A DNA stretch of 62,966 nt, the filler included, from Diploschistes diacapsis (taxonomy: Eukaryota): the NCBI GenBank assembly GCA_023645945.1. It is 17 parts of 17 records of this genome, joined end to end, with 100 filler letters (N's around TTAATTAATTAA, not from the genome) between each part and the next. Parts side by side here need not be neighbours in the genome. Positions count along the whole stretch, not along the records: positions 22,247 to 23,580 come from JALAIB010003298.1; positions 23,681 to 25,014 come from JALAIB010003299.1; positions 25,115 to 45,812 come from JALAIB010000330.1; 14 more parts are not named here. One strand, given 5' to 3'. Below the pieces are notes generated by a model. It searched no databases and was not told the DNA's origin. It saw only the letters and a list, made by a program, of their open reading frames with translations. How positions within the stretch are numbered: position 1 is the first letter of the stretch; each line of letters begins with the position of its first letter. Below, in pieces: positions 22,939 to 36,081 of this stretch. The translations under genes and the position numbers were made by a program.

Positions 22939-23580
22939 ACGTGTTTCACGGGGATTCCGGCTACACCTAGATTCCGGTTATTTGAAATCACTACCGCTAA
23001 CATTGTACGGTTTTTAGATATAATTTATTCGTCGCAATTAGAATCTAATCGGTTTAAATCGAATCTATTTTCTTCTTCTTTATCTTTCTCGATTTTAAAA
23101 ACGCGACGACGTGTTTTATGCGTTATGAATCGTTTCGAAATTCTTCGACTCGATTTAACCCGAATTATTATTTTAAGAATTTCGTTTATATTAAATATAA
23201 AACAATTTTTTAATTCGATTCGTTTATTTAATTTCCGTTTTTTATAATTATTAAGAAACGTTTTTTATGCTCGATTTTCTTTACGATACGCTATAAGTTT
23301 AATATACGTTAATTTAAGTATATAAATTATTTAACTCGAATAACGTCGAATCGGGTTAATTAGTTTAAAACGGCTCGTAACGTTTAATTAAATTTTTTAT
23401 TGATTTTTTATAGTTCGGTCGCATTGAATAAAGAATCATATAATAAAAATAAATTTAAATCGAATTGATTCGAGATTAAAAAAAGTTTATAAATAGAAAT
23501 AAAATGGATCGATAAGTCGAAAAGAGTTTATTAAACACGATTATAAAATTAATAAATTATAATTTAATATTTATAAAGAC
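22939..23580 (-). mobile_element. 3' end of a pogo-like DNA transposon (TIR ACGTGTTTCACGGGGATTCCGG, TA flank)
   Basis: The same terminus followed by TA occurs at 56418 and 57579, with homologous RIP-mutated internal sequence. Confidence 0.75.
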
Positions 23581-23680
23581 NNNNNNNNNNNNNNNNNNNN
23601 NNNNNNNNNNNNNNNNNNNNNNNNTTAATTAATTAANNNNNNNNNNNNNNNNNNNNNNNNNNNNNNNNNNNNNNNNNNNN

Positions 23681-24083
23681 TTCTTTAACTCCTACGTACG
23701 TTTTTTTAGCTCTTTTGCGTTTATTAAATACCTTATTTGCCGTACGAAGTGTCTTGATCTCGATCTTTAAAACTATTATTTTGTACGTTAATTTAGAAAT
23801 ATCTTTAATTTATATATCAACTAGTTCGTATAAATAAATATTAAAATTATTTTAATATTTAATAATTCTAGATTTTAGATTTATAAAACTTCGTAAAGCA
23901 TCTTTCGCCGTACGAGGCGTATTTGGGTTAATAAATGCGGAGCTCGTCGGACGAGAGTTCGAAGATGTAAACGTACGAAATTTAAAATCTAAATTATTAA
24001 TTATCTTTTTTATATCGTACGGAATAAGTTTAGTAATTTTAAAGCCTATTCGTACGTTCTTTAAATTTATAATTGCATAAAAA
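23681..24083 (-). mobile_element. Second copy of the Fot1-like transposase remnant
   Basis: Reverse complement aligns by eye with 21460-21670 (CGTACGAATA..CGTCCxACGAG..CGGCGAA). Truncated by the LTR at 24084. Confidence 0.75.
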
Positions 24084-24660
24084 TGAAACGCCAGCGCAGG
24101 AATGGAATACTATACTACCGGGGGCTGGGCCTAATCCGGAAGGATTACGTGTAGCTAGGCATCTGCAGGTAAAGGTCTCGATTCGAAAAGCTAGAGAAGA
24201 AACTATCTAGGTGGAAAGGTGGCAGGAATAAATAGTATGTGGGTGCCAGCCCTACGGGGTTTCGGGTCCTACCCGCCTACACAGCCACCCCCTAACATCC
24301 TTGGCACGGCTGGCACCTATCATGTGACCTGATCGTGGTCATATGACCCTAGTATAGCTTAGCAGGTACCTAGGTTAAGCTATCTTACTACCCCCTTCTT
24401 TAAATTCTTATGTCTTTTATAAACGTTATATTTTTTTAAAATAATCTATATCTCGATTTCCTTTTTATTATTACATTTATTTAAAAAGATACCCGTTATT
24501 CTTTCATAATTAACGTTTCTTTCTTTTTAAATCCTTTTCAACGTCATTTTTATTTAATTATGTTTTTAAATTTTATAGAAAGGTAATCGTCGTAATAATC
24601 GATACCGCTTTATCCTAAAAATTCGCCCCCGTTTGTAATTCTTATTAACGTGGGCTACCT
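24084..24660 (-). mobile_element. 3' end of an LTR retrotransposon (family B): 3' LTR 24387-24084, polypurine tract and possible chromodomain remnant
   Basis: LTR TAAGATAG...GCGTTTCA is homologous to 52187-52485 and is preceded by AAGAAGGGGGTAG. The upstream sequence loosely resembles a chromodomain. Confidence 0.7.
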
Positions 24661-24662
24661 GT

Positions 24663-25014
24663 TGTTATGATCTCTATCTATACAAGGTATACACGAGTAG
24701 GATCAAGGTGGGTTTGGTTTCTGTTAGAAGAGGAGTGTGGTAAAAGAAGAAGATAAAACAGTCACAAATCTTAGACTATTTCTGGAAAGAAGGTTCTAAA
24801 ATAATAAAAATAACGAATATAAATTAATCTCGAACAATAACTTAAAATATCTATAAAAATAAACACGTTCTAAATTTATAAAGGCCATAATAACGTTTTT
24901 ATATAACCAATAATTTTTTTAATAAAATAAATAAATAAATAAATAGAATTATCGTTCTTTTTTTTTATTTACGATTAAATAGAATGGTTTTTTAGACTTT
25001 TTACTCATCATATG
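24663..25014 (-). mobile_element. 3' part of an LTR family A copy
   Basis: Ends ..GATCATAACA and is similar to 59150-59382. Confidence 0.6.
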
Positions 25015-25114
25015 NNNNNNNNNNNNNNNNNNNNNNNNNNNNNNNNNNNNNNNNNNNNTTAATTAATTAANNNNNNNNNNNNNNNNNNNNNNNNNNNNNN
25101 NNNNNNNNNNNNNN

Positions 25115-27488
25115 TCCTCCTCCTCCTCCTCCGGGCCACGGATCCAGCGGCGCACACTGATACCGGCGCTGTCGACGCTTTGCAGCTCGAGCTCGAAGCA
25201 GAATTGGCCGCGGCCGGCGCAGGCGTTGGAGGCGCTGCACTGGGGGGCGCAGCGGACGAGGCTGCGGACGGGGGAACGGGGGCGATATTGTTGGTTTTTC
25301 GCGGCGCTGGAGATGGCTGTGGCGCAGGCCGGAGTTTGTGTCGGCGAGGGAAGAGAAGGTTGCCTCGGAGCTTTGGCGGGAGCCTTCGCCTGATTTGGGA
25401 GCAGGAGCGGCAAGGCGTAGGGTGGTGGAGAGGGCTTGGAGTGCGTATGGAACGGGGTTAGGCGGTGCGCGCTTGGATAGCGGAGGGGGACTGTCGCGGG
25501 CCCAGGCGGATTGTTTCGGCGGCGGTGGGGTGACGGCGCTGAGGTTGGGGCCTGTAGTACTAGGAGCTGTGGAACCCTGCACGCAGAGAAAGGAGCTGGA
25601 TCGGATCGCGGCAGCAGGGATGTAGTCGAAGCGTAATTGGAGATGCGGTTGGTTTTGACGGATCTGATCGCGGAAATTGAAACCCCCATATAGCAGATCG
25701 AACTGGCAGGAGCGGTCTCGGACGATGCTTGCGAGCGTGCTGTTGACGTCCACTGCACCCGAGATATCGTTGTCCAGGCTCTCGTTGTGCTAGGATGCCG
25801 CGTCTTGTACGCCGGCACGGCCTGCATGGGGTTGCGGCGAGGTCGCTGGCCGCTCGCCGAATCCGTGCGCCGTGATACCGCCCCGAGTGACGGACAAGCC
25901 GCATACCGTACTGGAAAGATTCTCACGTGCCCTGGAATCTTTAGCTTCGATTCGATTGTCAGGTCACAGTGGGCGTACCGCTATCGAAAACAAATCTCCA
26001 TACTCTGGACTAGGACCAAAACACGCAGGCTAAGACGTAAGTATTCTTTGTTAGAAGCATCGAGGTACGCCGAAGACACCCCCGGAGCTACTCGATAGAG
26101 CGTTAAAGGAAGGGTCGCTAGAAGGAGAGTGTCGTAGTAGTTTTTCAAGGTATTCCCAACAGCGTCCGCCAAATCGTTCGGTTACCGCTGAATGGCTCGA
26201 TGGTTCGAAAGAGCTACGCCTGTTGTCAGTCTCTATACGTTGTATTACCAGAGCACCCCTGGGATGGATGCATGCATTCCAGACCATATCACAAGGAACT
26301 ATATCTGTAGGAGGAAAGGATGCCTGTCGAAATGTATCGGTAGCCAACAGTGCTGTTCCGCCGCCATTCTGCTGGAGGCCAATGACGACACGTCGCATGG
26401 CAGCTGGCTTGGCTCCTGCAATGAAATTTGTCACTGTGTTGGAGAAATTTGATGCGGCCTGCCAGCTCCAGTGAAATTCGGTATGCTCAAGACCGCGATA
26501 GTAGACTCATTGGGGCGATATCCCGTTAGCCATCCTTCGCTACCCAGCTCAGGCTGGACGACACTCGGGTAGACATTGTCCAGCCATGCTATCAGTGGAG
26601 TTGTGTCTGTGTCTGTCATCTTGTCGGCCCAAAGTCCCCAATCAGTACAAGGACATTGGAGAAGTCCTGGCCGGTGCTGGCCGTACTCATCTCTACGAAC
26701 TCAGTGCTAACGCTTGCCATCCAAGTCGTATTCGGTCGCTTGTTCCGTTCTCGGAGGTCATGGAAAAGCTGTCCCGGGATAGAACGGTGTGTTCGCGAGA
26801 GTAGTATTCAAACCTGCGAGGGCCTGGATAGTTGCGGCTGCGCTGCACATTAAAGAGTTCCAGCCGTGGTGACGGGAAGGAGTGAAGTTTGCGTCGAGAC
26901 CAAAAGGCACAAAGTCCTCGGCCACGTAGACTCTGGGCATCTGTTGCCATTGAGTGAAAGCGACACCATTTGGTACGGACTGGTGAGACTAAACCGCCGA
27001 AGCGCCTCCGGAGAAGATCATGTGGCCGTCATGAGAAGATTGAACCAGTCTCGGTACTGCACACCCGAACTCGTATTAATTTGCAAACTCCTGGTGATGA
27101 TCTGATCTTGAACTGCATTCAAGTCTCCAACGATATCTACTGAGGACTGCTAGTATGCCGCTGGAGGGTTCGTCAGATAAGCTGAGTGCTTTGAAACTGT
27201 AATGCCTGATTGTAATACGATATGAGATGCAACGCCACTGTGGCATTGAAGGGGACAGAAGTAAAGCAGTCGCATGCTATGTTCGCTAGAAAGTACGCAT
27301 CTGCTTCCGTCGGGTACGCTTTTGAGGATCAAGCTTCTTTACTACTGACTAGTCTGGTTGGCAATTGCAGCGCACGGTGCTCGTACCATCCGCGGCTCCC
27401 GCAGAGCTTGACACATTCTGGGCTTATAATACCGACGACAAATAAAGGAGTGAAATGAGGAAAGGAAGCGAATACAGAAGAAAGTCAT
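25115..27488 (-). pseudogene. Fungal secreted peptidase S41 family pseudogene
   Basis: Fragments in shifting frames: CFTSVPFNATVA..QFQS, YLTNPPAAY*QSSVD, YPSVVQPELGSEGWLTGY..AVLSIPNF, VVIGLQQNGGG..LATDTFRQ, PMQAV, FNFRDQIR, LCVQGST. Several stops and frameshifts. Confidence 0.8.
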
Positions 27489-27679
27489 GGTAGTCAACTC
27501 TATCGAATTCTACCAGAAAGCGACTCGCGTATCCGAGTGCGATTAAATAATTTTACATTGAGGTAAATAGATAGTACATTACCCGTGACTATAACTCATC
27601 ATATGCCTGGTGCCAGCGCTGCGGAATCTCAGCATTTCAGCTATCTTGCGAGCAAGAATCGACGAAACCAGCCCAGGCA

Positions 27680-30600
27680 TATGCCGTCGCGAAGCTCACC
27701 CTGCGAGACGGTCGTATTGAGAGCCAGCCTTGTCCAAGTAGTCGTATCGCAGAGCAAGCTCAAAACGAGCTGGATCAGAAGTTGGGAAGACTTCCTCTGG
27801 ATCCCCACGTCAAGCAAGTGATGTGCAGCCTCGTGTGAACCGATGAAGCGTCAGCTCTTCAAACGCTGCGACTTTGATTTTGACGTTGCCCTCGGCAGGG
27901 TGAGCCGATCAGGAAAAACGATCAGCCGGCGTCTCTATCAGCCTTGCCAAGTTGTCAGCCCTGTTCTGTATGAATATCTGCTGCATTGAGCCTCGCCTCA
28001 TTCTCTGCTTTCTAACCTGAGAACAAGAGACGTGGTATCAAGGCCTACGGGATCAGTAGTTTGATCCACCATAGTACCACAGTCTCAATCTGCAGCAAGT
28101 ATCTGCAGCCTGCTCTCGTGGCGTCAGAGTGCAAGCGGCCACATGGGCCCTCGACTTCTCCTATCGGCGATATGCCGAGAGCCTGAATAAGGCTTGTGGA
28201 CCCTCCGTTATGCACAGTTAGGACCCTCTCAATCCTTTTCTTAGCTTTTCTTGAGAACTCGTTTATCATGCACCGGAAGGCAGTATGTATGCTAGTGTCC
28301 CCACGGGAACAGGGTCAACGTGTTCCTCCGTGCAACCCATAGATCCTGCCAGCGTGATTGGTATTGCAAGCTGAGCAATCGCATTGCTGAAGTCATCAAT
28401 GACGGAACAGAATGGTACAAGGATGATCCAGCGCACAAGAATCTCAAGTTCGTAAACGTAGGTGTTCTTTCCACAACCAAGAACAAGCTCGAAGAGGCTG
28501 CGCCAAAATTAAAGCTCCTCAAGCGACGTGATGTTGTTTTCAATAGTCTGCTATGGCATATCAAGGAGAGAGAGCATAAATAGCTCTTTCAAGATTTGGG
28601 AGATTAGTGACAGGACCTTTCTGTCTCTCTTCAACTGGACGAAAACCGGGCCGCGGAGCATGACCGCAAAGAGCGCAAGGGTCGTCGTGATAAGAAGGAA
28701 TATTCTGCGCCCTTGGAATCGCTTTCGCCGCTCGATTTCTATGCTAGACATGAGCGGCTGAGGCAGAAGCCTGCCCAATGACTGGGAATGGTTGATAGAA
28801 GGGTCACCCGAATTCCTATCTGGAAAGAAGGACATGTCTGGAGCCGGGCAAGGTCATCACCATGCAATCTGTACTTGTTCTTTAAACCTAGCGGACTGAT
28901 AGCGTGCAGACGCACATGCCATCCATGGTAGTAGATTTTATGAAAGATGCGACGTCGAAGTTAAACGTGGCGGTGTTGTACCTTTATCTCGATCACAAAA
29001 GAATCCAATGAACAGACTCTTGATAACTTGCTACCAACCCTCTCAAATCAGTTTGGAGATTAAGCACGATCAAGGCAAGTCCGGACAATCTTCGAGGAAC
29101 TCAGAGGCGCGTATCTGCAGCGCAAGGATAAGAGACTCGGTCCTGGTCGAGCAGCATCAGGCAATTACTCAATGCTGAATTGGTGCTTATGAGAGGGATA
29201 CATAATTACGGATGCTTTGACGACTGCCGTGATCGGATTGCAGTTAGGCAGAAGCTATGTAGCCTGCAGCATACAGCCTGAAAGAAGCATCTTAGCCTGT
29301 GGTTCACGCAGCGATCCATGGCAATGACAATGGTGGCGTATTCTTGCAATAGATGCGATAAGACTCACCCTGGTGTCTGTTATCGGTGTCCAGATTGTAC
29401 AGGTACTGATGACGAGAGCTTCGACCCTTGCCAGGAGTGTTATGCCAATCGACCACATTGTGAGGAGGGCTCTATACCTTGATAAGATACGATTGGGCAC
29501 GATTAGAGATCCAAGCTAAGATCAGGATATCCGACAGTACGTCGTGTGGGAACACCCGCAGCAAATGACTGTCGGAGCGGTTTGATAGACGAGCGTTTCG
29601 GAGACCAAGGGCGTTATGCCACGCCACTTGGAGATCTGTGTCGCAAGAACACTGAATTGCAGACCGGGATCGAAGCTGTGATCACTGACGCGGGAAAGAA
29701 TATTCTTGCAAGCGAAGCTTCGCGTCGAGCCTCTGCGGGATAAGCTGTCCGAGCAGGACGTCATCGATGTTCTGCACCTTGCTTGAGAAATTTGAAACAG
29801 TTACGAAGAGATCATGAAGAAGATGGAGGGCGACAGAAACACAAGATGAGAGGCCAGACTTGCGAAACAACTGCTGACTTGGAGCGCGTGCACTCGACGA
29901 CCGCTGTTGTGGTCGGAACTCGGGCAGGCAATGGCTGTGGGGGTCGAGGACCTCGAGTTCAAGTCGAAGCAGAGGCTAATCCCAGGACATCTTCTCAAGC
30001 TTGCTGAGGTCCCGTCACGATCGAATCCGACAGACAAGGGCTACATACCGGAGCCGTTCGGCTCCTTCACCAGTCTGCCCAAGCGTATTTTGAAGAGACT
30101 AAGGATAGATGGTTCCCGTCTTGACAAGCCGACATCGCGTCTGTCTCGTTGACATGCATCAACTTCAAAGCCTTTGCTCGGCCACGCAAGGGACTGGACA
30201 AGTACGAGTTGTTCGAGAAAAAGGAGAGGAGATAATCCTTTCTTCGCTTACGCAGCCACGTACTGGGACTCCATGCTTTCAAGGAGGATTCTAGTCCTGA
30301 ATTGAGAAAGCTGATACTTCAGCCGGTGCGTGGCTTCGGAAGCTATCCATGGCTGTCCAAGCTCTGTGCTATCTCGACGTCTCAAGGATGAACAGCTGGG
30401 ACGTCCAGAAGAGGGTCGGCTCGATCCATCTGCTGGCTTGGTTCGGCCTAAACGACGCTCTCGAAGACATCCTCAGAGGGTTATCGAAGTCTGCATGTTT
30501 GTCTCTGCTGAACTCCAGAAATCATACTCATGGTCGGACTGTGCTCATGTATGCGTGTAGACAGGACCACATGAGCACTGTACAGAAGCTGATCGAATGG

Positions 30601-31110
30601 GATGCCCGTATCGATACCCGTGACTGTCTTCAAAGTACAGCGCTGTTCGAGACCGTAATTTCGAACCCGGAGGTGCTGAAAGCGCCTCTCCAGGCGGCAA
30701 AGCTCGACATTAACATCGTCCATCCTCAGCGGTCGGCCCCGAACGGCACTCACGCTCACATCCCACTACGAGCTTCAACGAGCTAGCCGAGGTCCTCTCT
30801 CAAGCAGAGATGACATCCACACCGAAATGCAGGATGCGGAAGGGGCACACCGCGCCATCACCGGCAGCACCAGCAACCGACATCAAAGTAACGAAGCTAT
30901 TGCTGAACCGATCCGAGTCCGGGAACGACGTAGTAGACAAAAACGGGCGGATCCGCATTGCTTGACGCTGCATCTGATAATTCCACCCGACGCTGTAGAG
31001 CCCCCCTTCTGAAGCAAGGTGTCGATACTCCCATCAAAGACAGCGACGGCCAAACGGCGATGGGTACAGGCCGTCGGCAAGGGCGAGACTCCGCTCCACC
31101 AAAACAAGTG
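27680..31110 (+). pseudogene. Degenerate NLR-like gene: N-terminal domain, NACHT, ZZ zinc finger, ankyrin repeats
   Basis: SLLWHIKE (N-terminal), eroded P-loop GAGQ near 28840, VAVLYLYLDHK, ZZ finger CNRCDK..YRCPDC..FDPCQECY..H (29345-29465), FFAYAATYW, ankyrin-like SIHLLAWFGL, GRTVLMYAC and LLKQGVDTPIKDSDGQTA. Many frameshifts; boundaries approximate. Confidence 0.75.
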
Positions 31111-31711
31111 AGATGGAATGAAACGAACGAAAGGACAGAATTCTTCCCGGAATTAACGGGGACGAGGGGTTGATGCAGCCGACGTACCTCACCCACCTCA
31201 CATTTGGATTTATATTGATCGCATTGCATGTGCAGCGGGGGTATTTGAAGGATAGGGACTTGAGAAAAGAAAGTGGAGGGGGGGAAGGGACATTAGCCTT
31301 GCCGACTTACTACCTACCCGCCTGTCTTACCTATTTACCATATATAGCATATATATACACAGACAACACGGCCAAAGCATTGCACCCACTGGTGCTTAAA
31401 ACACCAAGCAAAATAAAGCAAGCAGATAACAAACGAAAGAAAGAAAGATAAGAAGACTGAAGCGGTGGCTCATCGTCTGGGGTCTACACTGCCCCTAGTA
31501 GATCGGAATTAGAATCTTGTTCGTTCATCCGTCCCAGCTCGTTCCGCATACTTATATGTGACATCCACACAACCCAGAACATTCCCAGACTATTTCCACA
31601 TGACATAATATATAGATGGACAGAGAACATTCAAAGGGTCACACAAGATCGTAAGACATTAACTGCATAAAACACATGCTTTTCGTAACCAATCATGCCC
31701 ACGTGTATCCA

Positions 31712-31757
31712 CAATGCAGGAGATTACCTGCAATGCAGGAGATTACCTGCAATGCAG
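31712..31757. repeat. 19-bp tandem repeat, 2.4 copies (CAATGCAGGAGATTACCTG)
   Basis: Exact copies at 31712, 31731 and a partial copy at 31750. Confidence 0.9.
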
Positions 31758-32181
31758 TTAATAGACACAGAGGAAATATCAGAACCGAAATTCGCCACAG
31801 GCAGCGCGCTCCGTGCTACCACGATGCCACCACGAAAAAGCCACTTGAAGCCACCGCAAATGCCCCCAATACAACGAACGACCACTGCTCACCAAAGCGA
31901 CCCATGCCCACCCCAATGCAAGCACCACAGATATCCCATGCCGATCGCAGCCGCGCGGTCTGTCTCCAAAGCCCTGACATACCTAGTGATTCCATCACTA
32001 AAACACCAGCCTGCCCGCAACACTAACCCCAGCAACAACTAGTGCCGTTCCCCGAGCCATGTTCGAACTAGCCACAGTTGAAGCCCACCCGTATGCCCGC
32101 CGAGGTCACCACAACGTGTGCTGAAAAAAGAAACGATGAAGAATTTTGCCCCCCTCGCCACCGTCTCTGCCTCGTCATCGC

Positions 32182-33313
32182 TCATATTGTACTTTGCTGC
32201 CGTCGGCTCGCTTCCAGCACCTCGTAGTACTTCGTCCCTGCACCGCGCCGCTGCGTGTAGCCGGAGACCGAGCCCGACGTTTCCTCCGTAAGACCCGACC
32301 CATCCGTCACCGTCGACGGCGCAGTCGTGGTGGTGACCGTGCCCAGATCCAGGTCCATGTCCGTGTCCGGAGACTCGGCCCCCGTTAACGATGGGCACGA
32401 GCCCTTTGACGACGGCGCAGACGCCGATGCCGATGCCGATACTGGTACACCCTTGCCCAGGCGCGGGTCCAGGTTCAGAGGGAGCGGCATGTCTTGCTCG
32501 TGTTCGAGTTCGAGCTCGAGTTCGAGTATGCGTTCGGATGCATCTGCATCTTCCTCGTACGTCTCTGCTCCCACCCCAGCTCCGCAACCAAGCCCCGGTC
32601 CAACCACGGATCCCGAACCCGAGCCCGACCCAGCCCTCGCTCTCCCCATCCTCCTCTCCATCTCCCCATTCTCAATTTTGACCAACTCCACCAGCTCCGG
32701 CAGACTCTGGCCTATCCTCAGCCTCGCCAATATCCCCGCAGCCTCGCAGTCCGGCCGCGAGGTAAGCGCTTCGAGGAGGAGGGCGAGATGCGCGTGCGAG
32801 TGCTGCAGGCGGGAGACGGTGCTTTGGAGGCGATCGTGCGCGGCTTGCAGGCGGGCGTTGTCGCGGCGCAGGGATTGGTTCTGCGTCAGGCCCTCGGCGG
32901 CGGAGTAGGTGCAGAGAAGATCGGACTTGGCACAGAAGGAACAGGACGGGCGGTGGCCGTTGCACTGTTATGTAGGAATGGAGAGTTAGTTGGGGGGGGG
33001 TTGGAGGGAGGAGGGGAGCCGGTGAACGACTTGCAAGGAGAAGAGGAGAGGAAGATAGCTTTGCCGAGAGATGGTACAGATGATGGACAGTCGGTGATCT
33101 CAACGATATAGAGGAATGGCTGTGAGACGTTGTGGAGGCTTGTAGGTGACTGACCTTGATCTTGCGTCTCCTGCACGTCGAACACGCTATCGTGACTTTT
33201 GGCCCACATCGCGGATTCTTCGACACTCTGCTATCGTCCTCCGCCTGCCGTGCATTCTTGGGGGCAAGTCGGGCCAGTGCCGTGCTCTTCTTGCCAGCGG
33301 TAGCGTTGCCCAT
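32182..33313 (-). CDS. Short Zn(II)2Cys6 transcription factor with coiled coil and low-complexity tail
   Basis: Exons 33313-33155 and 32964-32182 give ACSTCRRRKIK|CNGHRPSCSFCAKSDLLCTY, then LRRDNARLQ.. and ILARLRIG. Confidence 0.88.
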
Positions 33314-36081
33314 GTCCGATGGGGGACTTTGAACATGGAAGTCAAGCAGGCGAACGGAGGTTTTACACACGAGAAGCCCCTCTGCAGCACCTGCCCAGGA
33401 ATGCTGCGGGGGGTTGCAGCAGGGTCTGATCGCAGAGGCAAATGCGGGAAAAAGCGAATATGCAGGGTGGAAGGGGGAAGATTGCATCCAGCATTGGTCA
33501 CTATGAGCCCGAGGCACCTTGCCGGTTGATTTGAGTGCTCCTTAGGAATGTTCTTTTTCCTGCAGCGGACGTGCCTCCGGTCAAGGTTGCCGTGCTGCTA
33601 TCGACATCGAGTAACGATGCCAGACAGTTGCGAATTTCCGAGAGTTGACCCGAAGGCTAGACCCGACGGTTTGTGTCGAGGAAGACAATAAATCATGCAT
33701 GGTTCTGGTTTGCCCATGCACAGAGCATCGATTGGAGTAGTCGAGAAGATCAAACAGATCAATTCCCAGCCTGCATTGAAAAATTGGTTGCACTCACACA
33801 CACACACAGCCACATTTGATGAGCAGGTTGTTGTGCGTCATCGCATCTATCAGCGATTGGCTCGGAGCATCCTCCTTAGCCCATGGAGCTCTCTCCGCAC
33901 ACTAGGAAGCGTGGCCACTGAGCCACGATAACAAGCCACTACCGCTACAGCAGTGATCCGCACCGTCCATCGTTTAGCAGTTGAGTGATGGGCCTCCTAT
34001 CATGCACGTAGTACTGGTAAAAGAGCCAGTAAGAGGGTGCCAAGAGACAAAGACACTAGCAATTGAATCATGCTAGACCCCCAGTGTCGACCCGGTGGTA
34101 TGACGGACGTCAGAGGGACAGGCTGACTGACAGCTGCATTCATCCCCAGCAAATCAGCGGCTCCGGAGCTGTCTCCTAGCCTGTCTCCTAGCCGAGGCCT
34201 TAGAACCGATCCCATTCATTCCTTTCTTTCCATTCATTCCCATTGGTTAGACCTGCATCGGAAGCCTCCATCCCACTTCCCCTTTCAAGCCAAGATTTGC
34301 AGCTCGAAAACTGCTAGAAACAAGCCCCGCATTCCGGCCACTGTTCCGGTCACTGTTCCGGCCATTATTCCCCCATGTCCGCAGTATGCAGGGTATAACT
34401 GCAATGGTATGGTATGTTATGGTGTGTTCTGCTCGAAGCGATCCTGTCAAGATTCTCTGATTACGAACCAGGAGGAAAGAAAGAAAAAAAACCGCTGGAG
34501 ATCAGGTTCCTCTTCGTACTTGTACTTTGTAAAAAAAATTTAAAAAAAAAAAAAGCAAGCACGAAGGATGCACATCCTTGGAAGATCGTCCCTCACTTCA
34601 TCCCCCTGAAGTCATGGATTGATGACTGAAGTTTTCTGCCAGATAGCGAAGATAAGAAAACAGAGAAGACACTCTTCCCCGGTAACAAAGTTTCTTGCGT
34701 CCGAGGTTTGTCTGCGCCTTCCGGAGGGATAAATTGGAAGGTCAAGAGGATGTGATACCGCGTGCGGGACAACGATTTGAGCTGCTCAAAGAACAGGTCC
34801 CTGTGTTGTCGTCGAAGCAACATGCCCACCACCACTGCACACCCGTTACTATCCGGATGATCCGCTGTGGGCAGTTAAGGACGTGAAGATGTTGATGCAG
34901 CTTCAGTCTTTCTACCCGGATGTCTCTGGAACATTGCTCCGCGAGGAGATCGGAGAGCTCCGTAAAGAAAGTGCACCGGATGGGGAGGTAAGACGGGTTG
35001 TACAAGCGCATTGAAAAATTTCTGGCAGCCGGGGCGCTGCATTGCTTGACTAAATCTCTCTCCCACAAGAAGCTCCATAGATCCCATGTAGTGCCCCAAT
35101 GCAGCAGTATCTTGGCTATCGAATAGGACATCCATGGACCTTGTATACCGTCTAGTAAACAGCTGGCCCACTGCGCTGCAAGGCCGCAATGGCTTGCTCC
35201 ACCGTAATCACCTTCGCTGAGAGCTTGGGCATGATCCCTTGCTTGATGCTTTGCTCATTCAAGGGCCCGTTCGGCGGGGGCTCGATGGTGTTTGTTCGAC
35301 ATGATATGGACATCATAGTCCGAGATCGAACAGACGATAAGCGGTGCTTAAGGTGAAGGCTTTCCCCTTGGCTAGTGTGCGCCACTGACCCCACGAGGGC
35401 GTTGATAAGATCCAGATTTAGAACCGCATTAGTGGCACCCAAAGCAGAGCCTGCTGTTGCTGGAAGAAATAGTGCTAGTACTGGTGAAGTAGCTAGGAGC
35501 ATTGGATTGAGCAAGCGTATGGGGGTTGGGATAGACGGTGGGGAGAAAACTCATTGTGAAGCGGAAGAGGGAACGGAATGGGCACGTATCGAAAGGCCAA
35601 GGTGCTGTCAACGGATCAGCTGCATTCAATCATCTTAGGCTGCGACGATGCTGATACTAAGGCGCAGGTTAGCGTCATCGATTAGACAAAACTGAAAAAT
35701 ACAGTGAGCACACACTGACGATTTTGATTTTGGGCTTTTACAGAATGCAGCAAGTCACGTGTCCTGATCTTGACAAGGCTAAAGGGTTTTTGTAGCCATA
35801 TATGCTAGTTCCACACAATTTTTAGTTTCAGCAAAGCCTTGTTGCATACTGCTCGAGCCGCTTGGTCAATGAAAGAGTAGACACTTTGAACTGCTGCCAT
35901 AGATTCAGCTGCCGAACTAGACATGCCAGGTCGGCTTTCACGCCGAAAAGTATCAAGTAAAAGACGAGATAAGACACCGGCTTCAAAGGAAGTTGAAGAT
36001 GGTGCTTACAGGCGAGCAGACAGGATGCTTGGTTCACAGAGATGCACATCGTGACTACCAACACTAACAGCAGCACCCTTC

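Noticed and set aside
32039..33111. Several overlapping ORFs on both strands
   Set aside because: Explained by the GC-rich, low-complexity second exon of the Zn2Cys6 gene.
34600..35520. Several 100-130-aa ORFs between the two transcription factor genes
   Set aside because: No consistent gene model or recognisable domain on either strand.
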